From Octopus vulgaris (lineage: Eukaryota), in contig OX597821.1 of NCBI GenBank assembly GCA_951406725.2, positions 9,734,001-9,798,000 on the forward strand: DNA of 64,000 nucleotides, in the 5' to 3' direction. Made by a program: the position numbers and the translations under genes. Each line of letters starts with the position of its first letter. Positions within the stretch are counted from its first letter, which is position 1. Below the pieces are notes generated by a model that ran no database searches, was not told where the DNA came from, and was given only the letters and a program-made list of their open reading frames with translations. This document shows, piece after piece, positions 28,710 to 44,060 of this stretch.

Positions 28710-28879
28710 ATAAGAGAAAGAGAGATCCCGAGGCGGGAGAACGGAGGGGAAAAAAAAAAAACGCGACTGGTTTTTACGAAGTAAACATGCTGAAAGGCCG
28801 GAAGTTTTGGACAACAGGGGCTGGTTTTTAAAGACAGGAGAGCGGAAAAAGAAGGTTGGTAACAACTCGATGAATGGGA

Positions 28880-31190
28880 AGAATAATGTGTATGTGTGAG
28901 TGTGTACGTGTGCGTGTGTGTATGTGTGTGTAAGGCGAGATAAAAAAAAATGTATATGTTAGTGGGTGCTTCTGTGTGTAAGTGTGTGTACGTAGGGCGA
29001 AATGTAGTCGACATAGCAGTCGCAGGTCAGTGGTCAGTGGTAAAAGGAGGAAGGAGGGAATGTGTGGGGGCGTACGTACGTCCCGTGTGTGTGTTGAGTT
29101 GTCGTGTGTGTGTCTAGTGTGCGTAGTTGTATGTATGGCAAGTAAATTTGAAGTGTGTGTAAGTGTATTGTATATATATATGCAAATGTGTGTGTGTGAG
29201 TGCGTGGGAGTGAGTGTATGTGTGTGCGTGTGTTTACAAAAAGTAGGGGTATTATATGTGTGTGTATATATAAGCATGCAAGGAAACAAACTGCAACTGA
29301 GGGAAAGATGGAAAAATGCTCCCGCGGTGACAGGCGTAAGAGAAACCCAAGAAACACGCTGGCCTCAGATACGAACAAGAGATCTAGTCGGAACCCACGG
29401 GCGTGGTGCATGCATGTATGTATGCGTGCGCGAACGCGCACATGCATGTATGTGCGCGCGTCTGCGAGTGTGTGTGTAAGTATGTGTGTGTGTGTGTAAG
29501 TATGTGTGTGTGTGGATGTGTGAGTGTGTCTGTGTGTATGTCTGGGTGTCAGTGTGTCCGATTGAATGTATGTAAGTATGTGTGTGTATATGTGTGTGTA
29601 TAGATGTATGTCCGTGTGTATGTGAGTGTGTATGTGTATGAGTGTGTATGTATGTATGTGTGTATGTGTGGAAGTGTGTGTATGTGCATGTGTGTGCGCG
29701 TGCATGCGAGTGTGTGTGTATGTATGTGTGAGTGTGTATGTCTGTGTGTATCTGTGTGTATAGGATGTATGTATGTGTATGGGTGTATGTATGTATGTGT
29801 GTGTATGTGTGGAAGTGTGTATGTGTATATATATGTGTGTGTATGTATGTATGTGTACGTGTGTGTGTATGCATTTATGCGTACATGCGTGTAGGTGTGC
29901 GCGTGTGCATGTGCGTGTGTATGCGTGTGTGTGTGTATGTAGGTGCGTGTGTATGTGTGTGGGAGTGTAGGTGTGTGTGTGCGTGTATGTGTGCGTGTGC
30001 GTGTGTTGGTGTGTGTGTGTGTGTGATGTGTGAGTGTATGGGTGTGTGTCATGCATGTGTGTGCGCGTGCAGGCGAGTGTGTGTGTAAGTATGTGTGTGT
30101 GTATGTATGTGTGAGTGTGTATGTGTGTATGTCTGTGTGTATGTATGTGCGTATAGGAGTATGTAAGTATGTGTGTGTATGTGTATAGGAGTATGTATGT
30201 GTGCATGTGTGTAAGTATATATGTGTGTGTGCGTATATGTATGTGTATGTGTGTGTGTTTATGTATGTGTGTATGTATGTGTGTAGGCGTGTGTGTATAG
30301 GTGTATGTATGTATGGGTGTGTGTCTGTGTGTGTTTGTGTGTGTGTGTAGGTATGTATGTATGTATGAGTGAAGGTATGACTGTGTAGGTGTGTGTATGT
30401 ATGAATGTAAGTGTGTGTGTGTGTACATGTGTAATGTATGTATGTAGGTGCGTGTATGTGTGTGTGCGTGTGCGTGTATATGTGTGTGTGTGTGTGTATG
30501 TGTGTGAGTGTGAGTGTATGGGTGTATGTCTGTGTGTGTGTATGTATGTGTACATACGCACGCACACACACGAAGCACGCTCACAAACACGAAGTACGCT
30601 CACACACACAACACACAAACAATACAACGCACGCCCATGGGGCCGACCACACCCAAAGTACGCGCCAAGGCGCGCGCACGCGCGGTCCCGCGAACAACCC
30701 ACTCCACGGGAACCGAAGATCCATCAACCAAAACCAGAAAGCAGAAAGGAGGGGGGTGTCTGGATGCAAATATGTGTATGTGTGTGTGCATTCGTGTAAA
30801 GGTGTGCATGTGTAGGTATGAATGTATGTATGTGTGTGTGCATACGTGTATGTGTGCATGTGTGTATGTGTATGTAAGTATAGGTGTGTGAAGTATGTAT
30901 GTGCGATGTGTGTGTGTGTGTATGTGTGTATGTATGTGCGTATGTATGTGTGTATGTATGTATGTATGTGTGTGTGTGTGTATGTGTGTATGTATGTACG
31001 TAGATGTGTATACGTATGTGTGTGTGTGTGAACGGGCGTGTGGGAGGTAGGTAGGTGTGTGTGTGTGGAGGGGTGTTTATCCGAAAAAAAAAAGAAAAAA
31101 AAACCTTAGATGAGGGGGACACATATATATAGTGAGAGATATGTATATATATGTAATATAAATGTGTGTGTGTTTGTGTGTGTAATTTGT
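28880..31190. repeat. About 2.3-kb degenerate (TG/TA) low-complexity tract with an internal strand switch at about 30555-30740
   Basis: Read directly; source of the His/Thr/Val/Cys-rich spurious ORFs. Confidence 0.85.
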
Positions 31191-31319
31191 AAGAAACATA
31201 AATCTGAAAGAGAAAGTACACTCTAAGTTATAGAGCAGTACATATGCAGCGGCCCCTTAATACAACGAGGCCCTAGGTGCCAGTGGATTTAGAAGCCGCA
31301 TCTCCCCCATGCTAAGAAT

Positions 31320-31530
31320 CACAGAAGTAAGAGCATCAAATATATCGTTTACTTTGCTTTCTCTCTTGATACAAAAACGTATGTAGCTAGAATATTCCGT
31401 AAATTAATAGATAAGCTTTTCACTTGTTTCCATAGAAAGGGGCCCATTGTCAGCAGGCACAAAGTTGGAGTCTCTAGTGATTTTCCGCCAATATTAAGAT
31501 CATTCTAGTTAGCGCCCCAAGGCCACGTCT
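31320..31530 (+). mobile_element. Probable PLE RT-endonuclease linker remnant, inverted relative to the RT fragment
   Basis: KTYVARIFRKLIDKLF...HKVGVS resembles the linker peptide at 59770-60020. Confidence 0.45.
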
Positions 31531-32029
31531 GGAGGCAGGCTACACAAGCAGACGCAATAAATGCCCAGTTAGGGCACTGCAATGTAGTCGTCTACGAAGC
31601 CGAAACATTAGCAACCCTTGGCAATGGCACTGGTACAAGCAGTAGCAGCCGTACATACGGAAACAGATTTACCAATGTCGCCACCATCGCCACAGTTAAC
31701 AACATTAAGAATAATAACAAGAACAGCACTAGCGACAGCATCGGCAGTCCCCCCCCACCCGATGGCATCGACAGCACTAACAACAACAACAGCAACATCG
31801 CCATCAGCAGCAACATTACCAACTGCTTGCCTAACAGTCCTTATAGCAAAATCAACTGTTCCTAAGCCAGTGCCATCGCCAGCAATAACGACAATAATAG
31901 TAATAATAACAACGACAGTTGTCCTAGCGGAGGCTCCAGTGAGGGTTGTCCTGGCGAAAGCTCCAGCGACAGTCGCCCTAGCAGAAGTGCCAAGAAGGCC
32001 GAATGTTTAAATTTGAAGAGATGCATCAT

Positions 32030-32445
32030 AATATGAGAAGTAATTAAGTCTTTTTTTTCTATATTTGGTACCAACCATTTGTCTATTGAATTTGGATGAT
32101 TACTTTGAAAGTTAATGTAAGTTAATTTAGTATTTGGTTTATAGTAAGGCGCATATCTAGCTGTTCTAAGGTTAAAATTAATATCTAAAATCAATAGAAT
32201 TATTTTTGGTTTCGAAATAGTCGAAATCTCTTGAGAAACGGATGGAAGCTTTTCTTATATATCTCGAGTTTCTATTTAGATTGTTTTTTTTAAATTTTTT
32301 CTGACAAAAACTGCATCATCCCTATATAGACAAGCGCCTATTTCTGAACATTCACTATTAAAATTGAATAAAATATATGTTCCAACAAGGTTTGCCACCA
32401 GTGCGGCCTCAGGCAACCCCATAGCAATGCCAAAACAGTATGTAT
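32030..32445 (-). mobile_element. Penelope-like element reverse transcriptase fragment
   Basis: FGIAMG...A.VANLVG.YIL...LYRDD (YRDD at 32315-32326), then LDINFNL....Y.PYYKPN....YIN.QSNHP..I.K, the PLE RT palm and thumb pattern. Confidence 0.85.
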
Positions 32446-32459
32446 ATATAATACACCAC

Positions 32460-32494
<35 letters not shown>

Positions 32495-32659
32495 CGTACA
32501 TGTATGTGTTTATTTATATATATACACATATATGTATGTTTGCAGCAATCAGTAAATTTAAATATAGATTGTAACGTATGTGAAATATATAACGTCCATT
32601 GTTTACAGTAAACAACATGAGAGTCTGTCTCCCAGTAAGTGAAAGTGTACTCTTTTACT

Positions 32660-33035
32660 CTTTTACTCTTTTACTTGTTTCAGTCATGTGATTGTGGCCA
32701 TGCTGGAGCACCGCCTTTAGTCGATCAAATCGACCCCAGGACTTATTCCTTGTAAGCCTAGTACTTATTCTATCGGTGTCTTTTTTGCGGAACCGCTATG
32801 TTACGGGGACGTAAACACACCAGCATCGGTTGTCAAGCGATGTTGTGGGGACAAACACAGACAAACACGGACACACACACACACACACATATATATACAT
32901 ATATATATGACGGGCTTCTTTCAGTTTCCGTCTACCAAATCCACTCACAAGGCTTTGGTCGGCCCGAGGCTATAGTAGAAGACACTTACCCAAGGTGCCA
33001 CGCAGTTCAGTCCCACTGCGTGGCACCTTGGGTAA
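32660..33035 (-). mobile_element. SINE family A
   Basis: Homologous to 55808-56202; head replaced by a small foldback (CCCAAGGTGCCACGCAGT..ACTGCGTGGCACCTTGGG). Confidence 0.85.
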
Positions 33036-33600
33036 GTGCAAGAAAATATGAAAAGATGATGTGATAAAATGTTTATGTCATTAATTAAGGAACCATTGTT
33101 ACCTCAATACGAGTTGATTCATTAAGAAAAAATCATATGTTAAAATTATAAAATCCTAAGCATTGCGTTACTTTGTAGTTCCGTACATTGCGTAATGCAG
33201 ACAGCCTTATTTCTGACATAGTAATGTCATATGACGTCAAAGTTACAGAAATGGCAAATTTCACTGTAACATTGAAACTTCAATTCATTTTCTTATTACA
33301 TTTAAAAACATAGCAAGAATAAAACAATTATTTAAATTTTTGCTTTTGTTTTCAATTTTTATTTACTTTCGTGCGAGAAAATTTACCATTGCTAACTATA
33401 TATAACTAGGAGCCTAAGTCAGCTTGAAGATGTTGGTATATATTAGTGGGGCAGAAAGTGTGTCAATAGCCAGCTAGAGAAGATGGTCTCCGGGGCTACA
33501 AGCTACAGTAGCATCCACCCTTAGTGGTTAGCCACATTTAAGTGGCAAATATACTTCACATTGTCGTGCAGCTACTGTTTACACCTCGTTCAGAGATTTA

Positions 33601-33657
<57 letters not shown>

Positions 33658-35103
33658 CAAAATGGGACAAGAACGCAAAACACCCGGGCAGCTAGGTGAC
33701 ACAAAAAGGGACAACAAAACATTCAGATAGACGATACAAAGAAAACAAGGACGGGTCATTCGAAGTTTTCTTTCTTCAGTCAAGCACCAGATTATCCTCG
33801 CAATTTCGGCTGATTATGCTTTAGATTGCCCCAATCTGGCCAGCACCAAGGAAAAACAAAGCTAAGAGCATTAGATTCCTTGGAAGAAAGCAGCGAATGC
33901 ATACAAAAACAAGGACGGAAAAGACGGACAATGTTACACAAATATAAATATAATAAAATATACAATAAAAGTAATAACAGGACATAACAACAGGTATCTT
34001 TCGATAAAGGACGAATTGAATTAAGCTGGCACGAGCATCTTTATTAATCATGACAGATATTTCGACACATCTAGTATCGATCCGCCAAGGTTGGGATACT
34101 TAACACCTGGTTCAAAAGCATTCGACAGTCCGGACATGATAAATAATAATGCTCCTATCTTCCATCTTCTGCATTTCATTTACCATATACATAACGAATG
34201 CTGTGAACGAGACGTTTTTATCCATCTACGCTACAAAGTATAAACAATTTGTTTTATTATATATATAATGTAATTGAATGTAATGTAGTATCATTAATCA
34301 ATCGACCATGGTAAAATCAATTGATTAGTATGTGGCATAAACAAGACTAACATAAAAGCAAGTACGAAAGTTTCTATGAATGATCAATAAATTTAAATAA
34401 TCGATTCATCAAATACACTCTAGCTATATCAAAATTGAATAGAAAATCAGACCTCAAAAATCTCGAATTTGAACGTAAGAAATGTTGATTGTTATGCGAA
34501 AATCAAGTCACAAACCGAAAGGAATGGAAGTCGTTGCTAAACTCTACAGGTATTTTGAAAGGAACACTGTGTGAATAATAGGTAACATTAAGTTGTGCTT
34601 CATAGCTAGCTATTGCTCTAACTCATAAAGTGGAAAAAAGATTGTGTTGTAAATTATTCTCGATCAAATAATTTCAAACTGAATAGCTGTATAAACAAAT
34701 TTATCCATGATACATTTGTTTAATATTACTCAATAAGCGTTTAGCTCCACGTTATATATATGTGTGTAGATGTTTGCCTTATTTGAAAAATGAATCAAAA
34801 ACTTCAACTGTGATAGGAGAAGATCTTTACGCAGCATTAAGTATGTTCGGAAAAGAATGACTCTTATTCATGTCAAACGGAACAACCGCCTGCAGCTCAA
34901 CACTATTTACAGCCTATTGGAAAACCGTGAAAGGAATGTTTTCGTACAAAATTATAACGGTGTATCAACTATTTAACCTAGTTTCCACGTTCACGTTCAA
35001 CTTATCTGCTTTAATCTATGCCATTTTACACGCATAAAGACGCGCATATGCATATAGCCATACATACACTGACAAATGATGCATACATATGTATGTATGT
35101 ATG

Positions 35104-35142
<39 letters not shown>

Positions 35143-35199
35143 ATGTGTGTGTGTATGCCTTACAGTATTGAACAGACTATCAGTTGACATTCTTCACCG

Positions 35200-36110
35200 T
35201 TACTCTTAGCACTCTTCAAATTCTATGTTAGTTTCCGTCCTATCACGCTACGCTTAACTAAATCATTTCCTCATCGTCCTGGTCGGCTTACAATTGGCGT
35301 TTCCGATCTGAGTACCACTTAGCTACTTCATGGATGTAATCATTCTCTCATATCCGGCACTGCAGTCACTCGTTCATTTGGCTTCTTTCTCGAATTATAT
35401 TATTTCCCATATGGTCTCTTAATGTTAATCCATGCATGGAGTTTTCCATGACCCTTTAAGTTTTAGCCAATCGATGTCCATCCTTCGTAGTAGCCCCAGT
35501 TTCACTTGCGTTTAAGAGCGTTAGTAGGACGGTGGTATTAAAGAATCTCGCTCGTATGGTAACGTATATATTTGCTTTAGGCACATCCTAGAATGATGTA
35601 AACACCTTCTATACTGCTTTCCGACCCCGTTTATTTTGTTTTCATTGTAAGTCATACTGCTACTCGATGAGCATAATATCATTTGCGAATGGAAGCTTTA
35701 TTAATTGCTTGCCATTGATATTTGCGCCTCCTGCTTAATCAGTGCCCTTTTCATTTTTGGAGTGATGGTATCTCCTTGCTTGACACCCTTCCTAAATGGA
35801 ATCTTTAGTGCTAGCGATAGCATGGCTATATCTGTTGTATACCTGGATTTTACATATCTCAGCCGTTTGATGTATAGCAACTCGAAACCTTGCATTTCCA
35901 GGGATTTGCTCAATGAGCTCGTCCCGACGCTATCAAAAGGCTATTCGTAATCAACAAAGCGATACACGGAGGAACGTTAGGTTCATTCGCTCGTTCAATG
36001 AAATAGATTTGAGTCTATGCTTAGTCTATCGTACTGGAGTCCCTATGGAAACCAGATTGCTCTCTCAGCTTTTAGTCGTCCAGGTGCTTCGATAGTCTGG
36101 TGACTATATA
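35200..36110 (-). mobile_element. Degenerate RTE-type LINE RT fragment
   Basis: KGVKQGDTITPK, PFANDI, LLNASET and a GRP-like C-terminal motif, with frameshifts. Confidence 0.7.
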
Positions 36111-37334
36111 TAGTGTTGCTTGCCCAGCTTTATACTTTGACATCACTGATATCCAGCTTCAACTACAATACAAAACAATCATATAATTGCTGTATTTAAA
36201 GTGCAGAAGTAGCCACTCGATAATATAGAGTATCGAATTCAATACTGCCTATAGTACCCAGAATAATTGTCATGTAACCAAGAAATCGACATAAGTTGTA
36301 GCATTTCATCAGTGTAGATATATGCTATAGACCGGACATAATAAAGGCAGATACCATATATGGAAGGCAACATAATCCATATGGTACAGGAATCCGCCTT
36401 CGATTATATATACATGTTATATATAGATGTCAGTACATATTTGCCTGTCGTTGTTTTGAGCAGATCCTTTATTGAGGTAAACAGAGATCCTGACATTATT
36501 TTCTTTGAGATTTCAGCATATATATCTCAGTGCATATTCAGTATATGTCTTGAGTAGACATAGTCTTTTATCTCCTTGCATTCTTTGCGTCCATCCTCCG
36601 ATCATTGTATGTACGTGCATACTTTGCAGTTTTTGAGTTAAGGCTGTGAAATCTGTAGATTCAATAGGGAGAGCAAGACAAGATACATCCTTCTTATTGC
36701 ACAAGGTGCTATGGAACCGTATTAATGCTGTTCACCATAGTTTGTTCTTACCGCAGGCTGATTCTTACAAAACGTTGTCTTTTATGATCTCTCGTAATGC
36801 ATTTGGGAAATGAGAGATAACCACCTGTGTAATAATAAGTGCAGACATTCACACTGTATTAGTGGAATCCACTGCTATTCTGAGATCCATTTCTAAGATA
36901 ATATCACAACAAAATGTATCGAGCTGCTTTATGTTGATCGAGGAAACCGAAAGCCTTGCAAACATAACACAAACACACACGCATGCACACACACACACAT
37001 AGAAACATATACACACAGAAACACACATATATGCACGCGCCGGTGCCCACACTCATACACACAAATGAATATTTCTCTTTCACTTGTGTATATGTGGACA
37101 AAGAGAAGAGTAGAGAGAGAGGGGGATATGGAGAGATAAAGAGAGATAGAGATAGAGAGAGAGAATGAATGAATGAACTCCGACCACGTGAGGCTATGCG
37201 CTTCTATTTGTTCACAGGATATAAAAAAATATTTGCACTTGAATAACGCGAAGTACACTGCAAAATTGGGAACGAACTGAAACGAATTTAACCTATGAAC
37301 AGTTCGTTTCTCATAATTAATAGATATTTTTTAT

Positions 37335-38268
<934 letters not shown>

Positions 38269-38370
38269 TAATATATATACATATATAAACAATTGCAGCG
38301 TGGAAGGTGTTTGTAAGCCATTTAAGAAGCGCACAAAAGCCGTTCGATTCACTTCAACGTTTCAGTTTAA

Positions 38371-38421
38371 TTTGCCAAAATATTTCCGTCGCTATAAGAC
38401 CGCGACCTGTTCACTGACAAA
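38371..38421 (-). ncRNA. Hammerhead motif with G3-C8 core (A13G lesion in this copy)
   Basis: tttgtca GTGAACA G GTCGC ggtcttata GCGAC GGA AATATT T tggcaaa; 7-bp stem I, palindromic stem III. Confidence 0.6.
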
Positions 38422-38458
38422 AGACCGTGTTGCACCTTCCACGCTGCAATTGTTTTCG

Positions 38459-38510
<52 letters not shown>

Positions 38511-38528
38511 CGAAAACAATTGCAGAGT

Positions 38529-38584
<56 letters not shown>

Positions 38585-38666
38585 GTATATATCTACAAAT
38601 ATACAAACATATATATATATATCATATAGCATACATATATATACACACACACACACATATATATAT

Positions 38667-38860
38667 TTGTTGGCACGCCATCGCTGTTCCAATCAACGGA
38701 ACAGCCTCCTCGTTAAATTACCGTGCAAGTGGCTGAGCGCTCCACAGACACGTGTACTCTTAACGTAGTTCGCGGGGATATTCTGCGTGACACTTTGAAT
38801 TACAGGCACAACAGAAACAGGAAGTAAGAGTGAGAGAAAGTTGTAGTGAAAGAGTATCGC
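38667..38860 (-). mobile_element. SINE family B long-tail fragment
   Basis: Homologous to 23700-23950; shares an internal deletion with the 40241 copy. Confidence 0.8.
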
Positions 38861-38862
38861 CA

Positions 38863-38916
<54 letters not shown>

Positions 38917-38944
38917 CGAGAACAATTATAGCGTGGAATGTATA

Positions 38945-39039
<95 letters not shown>

Positions 39040-39116
39040 GTTTAAATATTTGTTGTGCGGTAATATATATATATATATATATAAGATATTTTATGTGAAG
39101 TCGTGTGTTGAAACAG

Positions 39117-39946
39117 ATATTGTTATATTTCGGAATGGTCATATTGCCAGTTTAGCCAATAAAAACACACGCACTATATATTTGGTGTTATTTTGCTTCA
39201 GTGATATTTATTTTTTACATTAATCTTAATCTTATTTCGGCCAAAGTTCTTTCGTCACACTCCTGTGACCGCATCAGTGGTCCTTTGTTTTCTTCTCACT
39301 TACTTGTGTCTCTCCTTACTAACCGTCAGCCATTTTGTATTTCTATTGTATGTCTTCATTTGCGCATGCTTATATCTCTATGTGCGTCTATGTTTATTTA
39401 GTGTGTGGGGGGGATGTCTGTAATATTTGTATCTTCTGGTTATATACATTCTTGTAATTTGTATTTTGTTTTTGTTGTTGTTGCTTTTGTTCTAATTTTG
39501 TTCATGTGTTTACATCCACCCATTATTATCATTACATATGCTTGTATGTATGTATAACAACAATATTAGTAATAATAATAATAAATCTAATCGAGAAAAA
39601 AAAGAAAAAAAAAAGAATATACATATACATATATATATATATACATACATATACATATACATATATATATATACATATATACACACACATATACACATAT
39701 ACATATACACATATATACACATATACATACACATAGATATTCATTTCTATTTCTTTAATTACCTGTGTATTTATTATGTTTGCAGGATCCACTATTGTCA
39801 TATGTTGTGGTGTGCGCTTTGGCCGAAATAAGATTAAGATTAATGTAAAAAATAAATATCACTGAAGCAAAATAACACCAAATATATAGTGCGTGTGTTT
39901 TTATTGGCTAAACTGGCAATATGACCATTCCGAAATATAACAATAT
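39117..39946. mobile_element. PLE-type element bounded by 130-bp inverted repeats
   Basis: 39117-39246 is the reverse complement of 39817-39946; contains the hammerhead motif at 39239-39283. Confidence 0.8.
39239..39283 (-). ncRNA. Minimal hammerhead motif, A9C with extra G
   Basis: ggacca CTGATGC G GTCACA ggag TGTGAC GAA AG aa CT T tggcc. Confidence 0.6.
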
Positions 39947-40122
39947 ATATATATATAGAAGTATTAAAATTACTAAGTCTCTATAAAAGACATTACGGCA
40001 GCGTTTACTGGAAATTAATTGTTATCTCCATATTTATATGGCATTCTTATAGATATAAGAATAATCGCTGCCATGGTCAGCTCCATGAGGCCACCGCCAT
40101 CAAGATAGCTACTGATACACGA

Positions 40123-40193
<71 letters not shown>

Positions 40194-40240
40194 CTACAAA
40201 TATACATACATATATATATATCATATACATATATATATAT

Positions 40241-40905
<665 letters not shown>

Positions 40906-41635
40906 ATTTGTAGATATTGCGCAGCATCAAATACATGGTATCCACCTGGTTTATATAATAGTACTCTGTACTTTAGGGAGACAAATACACATATACACAA
41001 AGACGCACAATATATACATCTACCTTGTCGCTATATTTTGCCCTCTATCGATGTTCAGGAAAAGAACACGCATAGAAAATCACTACTAATTAAAGCTTCA
41101 GTAAATCTTAAATAAATTTGCATCTACAGCACATCTCGGCAAATAGTTCGCGTAGTAAATTATTGCTACGCTGTTCTCTTTTTCTCTCACTGTAGAACAC
41201 TTAATACTAATTATTGATATTAACCAGTTGGTCAGCACTTTGCAAACACACGCACACTGACACACACACACACACACAGACACACAAACACTCACACGCA
41301 CAAAACGTATAGGAAAGTACCGATCTATGTGCACCTGCGCTTGTGTGTGTATTCTTTTACTTGTTTCGTTCGTTGGACAGCGACTATGCTAGACCAATAC
41401 GTAGGCGAATTCAGTTTTAACGAATCGACCATAGCAATTATTTTATTAAGTCTCGGAATCATCGTAGTGCTTCTCAAACGGTGATGATGGACAAACATAG
41501 AATGGCAGAGTTGTAGTAAATGGCAGCACCCTATAGTACCACACAGCGTGACTGAACCCAGAGCCATGCCCTTGTGAGTTAAACTACTTTCTACACTCTA
41601 GGCCTGTACCTATATATATATATATATATATAGTA

Positions 41636-42029
41636 TATTGTTCAGTCAGAGACTGGTCATGCTGGTGCACCGCCTTTAGTGTGTCCGAGAATTTTTCCAG
41701 TACTGCTTCTAGCGAAGTAGCTAGTTGGACGTTGCCGCTCTTCTTTGTGCCTCCAGCCTTGACGTGGGTTCACCCCAAATTGCAGATAAAATGCTGTCTA
41801 GATGTCTATTGAAAACTTCCATGTATACAATTTGCAGCCGACTGATGTTCTCTGGTAGGGCATTAAAAAGTTGTAGTCCTTTGAGTTTCAATTTATTACA
41901 ATACTGGTTACGTATTCTCGATGGATAGGATGGGACCTTTGCTACTCAGCAGTGCCGTTCAGTTCGTAGATTGTTGTAGACGTCAATTCCAAAATTTGGA
42001 GCAAGACCCTCCATTATTTTCCACATGTA
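41636..42029 (-). mobile_element. CR1-group LINE 3' end (ORF2 C-terminus plus tail)
   Basis: YMWKIMEGLAPN...GLQLFNALP.NI......VFNRHLD..L..I..EP......RAATSN, followed by TAAAGGCGGTGCACCAGCATGACCAGTCTCTGACTGAA. Confidence 0.75.
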
Positions 42030-42186
42030 CAACGGGCTTCTTTTAGTTTCCGTCTACCAAATCCACTCACAAGGCTTAAGACGACCCGAGGCTGTAGTAG
42101 AAGACACTTACTCAAGGTGCGACGCAATGGGATTGAATCTGGTCACGTGTTTGTGAATCAAGTTTCTTAGCACACAACCACGCCTG
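42030..42186 (-). mobile_element. SINE family A 5' half
   Basis: Homologous to 55808-55970. Confidence 0.75.
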
Positions 42187-43219
42187 TATGTATGTATGTA
42201 TGTTTTTATGCATGTTTGTATGTATGTATGTATGTTTGTATGTTTGTATGTATGTATGTATGTTTGTATGCATGTTTGTATGTTTGTATGTTTGTATGTA
42301 TGTATGTGCCTGCGTGTATGCATGTATATGTGTATGTATTTATGTGTATGTATGTATGCATGTAGGTATGTAGGTATGAATGTATGCCTATGTATTATAT
42401 TTAGAGACATATAAATAGATGTATATCTACTTGCATAATATCATATACACAGACACACGTATCCACTATCTCCCCCTCAAACACACTCATTAAAAGATTA
42501 CTTTCAAACAGCTTTGAGTGTTTAAGATTAAAGGAGTCAGTTGAAAGAAATTCCGTATTCGTCTCATTCTCGAGGCTATATTAAAAAACAAAAAAAAGTT
42601 CATATTTGTTGAAGTATAATGTGATTAATTTATACAGAACGATTCAAAAGTAGCTAAAGTTGATAAAAATTGCTCATGATTTTCAGAAACAGGTAATGTC
42701 ATTAAGTACAAAAACATAGTTTATTACATACCAGAGGGAGAATTTTTTGTAGGGAAGAATATTTTTAATTATAAAATATCTTATGATCATGTACTTTCAT
42801 CTTGGGGGATATAAACATCAGATAATACTTCTTGCACAATTCCACTCATGATGATTCACTTTTAATCAACCATAGGTTATAAACGTGAACGTAAATTACT
42901 CGGAAGCTGAGTATTTAATAAAATTTCAGGTTTAGAATATTTTATTTTTCACTTGAGGCTATATTCCAATGTCTAAAGAATTCGGTAGGTGAAATGAGAT
43001 AAACACTGTTGGTGTTATCCGAATTTTTTTCATTTACGTTTATTCTCTTTTCATTTCATAGTTATATAACATCATACTATCAATGATTCCGTTTAATTTG
43101 TTTGCCAGTATTTTCGCATTTGTGCTTCAGAACGCTTATTTCAATAGAATAAATTCTCATACATACTCATACATACACAGGTACACATGCAAGTGCGCGC
43201 AGACCTCCCACTCCGCCCC

Positions 43220-44060
43220 ACACACCACTCTACCGCAGAGTATCATCAGATGGAAGAATGAGTGTATATCAGCAGGGACCATGGATGGATATGTTACTAT
43301 AGAGCTCCTGGATGACAGAAACATTGATAAACTTAGTAGTCTATCATGGACCACAATCCGGATTACTAGCCTTCATTTTGAAGAGCATGCATTTACAATC
43401 AGAGAACAGGAAATTGCAACAAAATGGAGAGGGACGCAAACAAACTTGTGGAGTTCACACCGAATATACAATCAAATACCTGATGCACAAAATGGACAGG
43501 GGTGCAAACAAACTTGTGAAGTTCACACCGAATATATAATCCATAACATGAAAAGTTATTCCAAAATGACGTTGAGAGCTTATCTACCGATGAGACATGG
43601 TGTTTTAGTCAAGTCACTGTACAGTCTAATATGTCAGAAGGATAAATACGAGTCCAAAGAGATAGCGGCGTACAATATGACAGATGCCATAGCCACTCAT
43701 GATATGAAAGAGTACTGCTGGATGTCCTAGTGTAAATCCCAATAAATTCTAAAGATAATGAACCAGGCATTGTAATTTGAGGCTCATCAGAAAATCTATG
43801 AACACTATTGAAAATAAGTTGCTGAATTAATGTCAACACAAATCTAAACATCAGCGATAAAGAAAACATCTACGCGGAAATTTATTGTTACTCTTCTCGG
43901 ATTACAATTTCAGGTTTTTAGCTTGTAAGTATTGTGGGACTAAGTTGTGTACCAAACCGCTTAAGCACCGATCTTGAGAATTTACGATTCTAACGTAAGA
44001 AAGGAGAGACCTAATTAGATTACAAATTCAAGCCATTAACGAAACTGACGTCATGTGTGA
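43220..44060 (+). mobile_element. Old R4-type RLE LINE 3' fragment (distinct family)
   Basis: IDK.SSLSW, FEEHAFTIREQEI.TK, YL.MRH..L.K.LY and a decayed downstream endonuclease region. Confidence 0.6.

Noticed and set aside
31592-32010. Ala/Thr-rich and Leu-rich ORFs of 76-130 aa
   Set aside because: Low-complexity (CAA/CAG-rich) sequence between PLE fragments, with no splice or domain support for a host gene
33745-34095. Hammerhead-like fragments in a (TA)n-flanked insert (minus strand CTGAAGA..GAATGACCCGTC; GATAC/GTGTC-GAAATATC)
   Set aside because: One lacks A15.1 and stem I; the other has no 7-nt core
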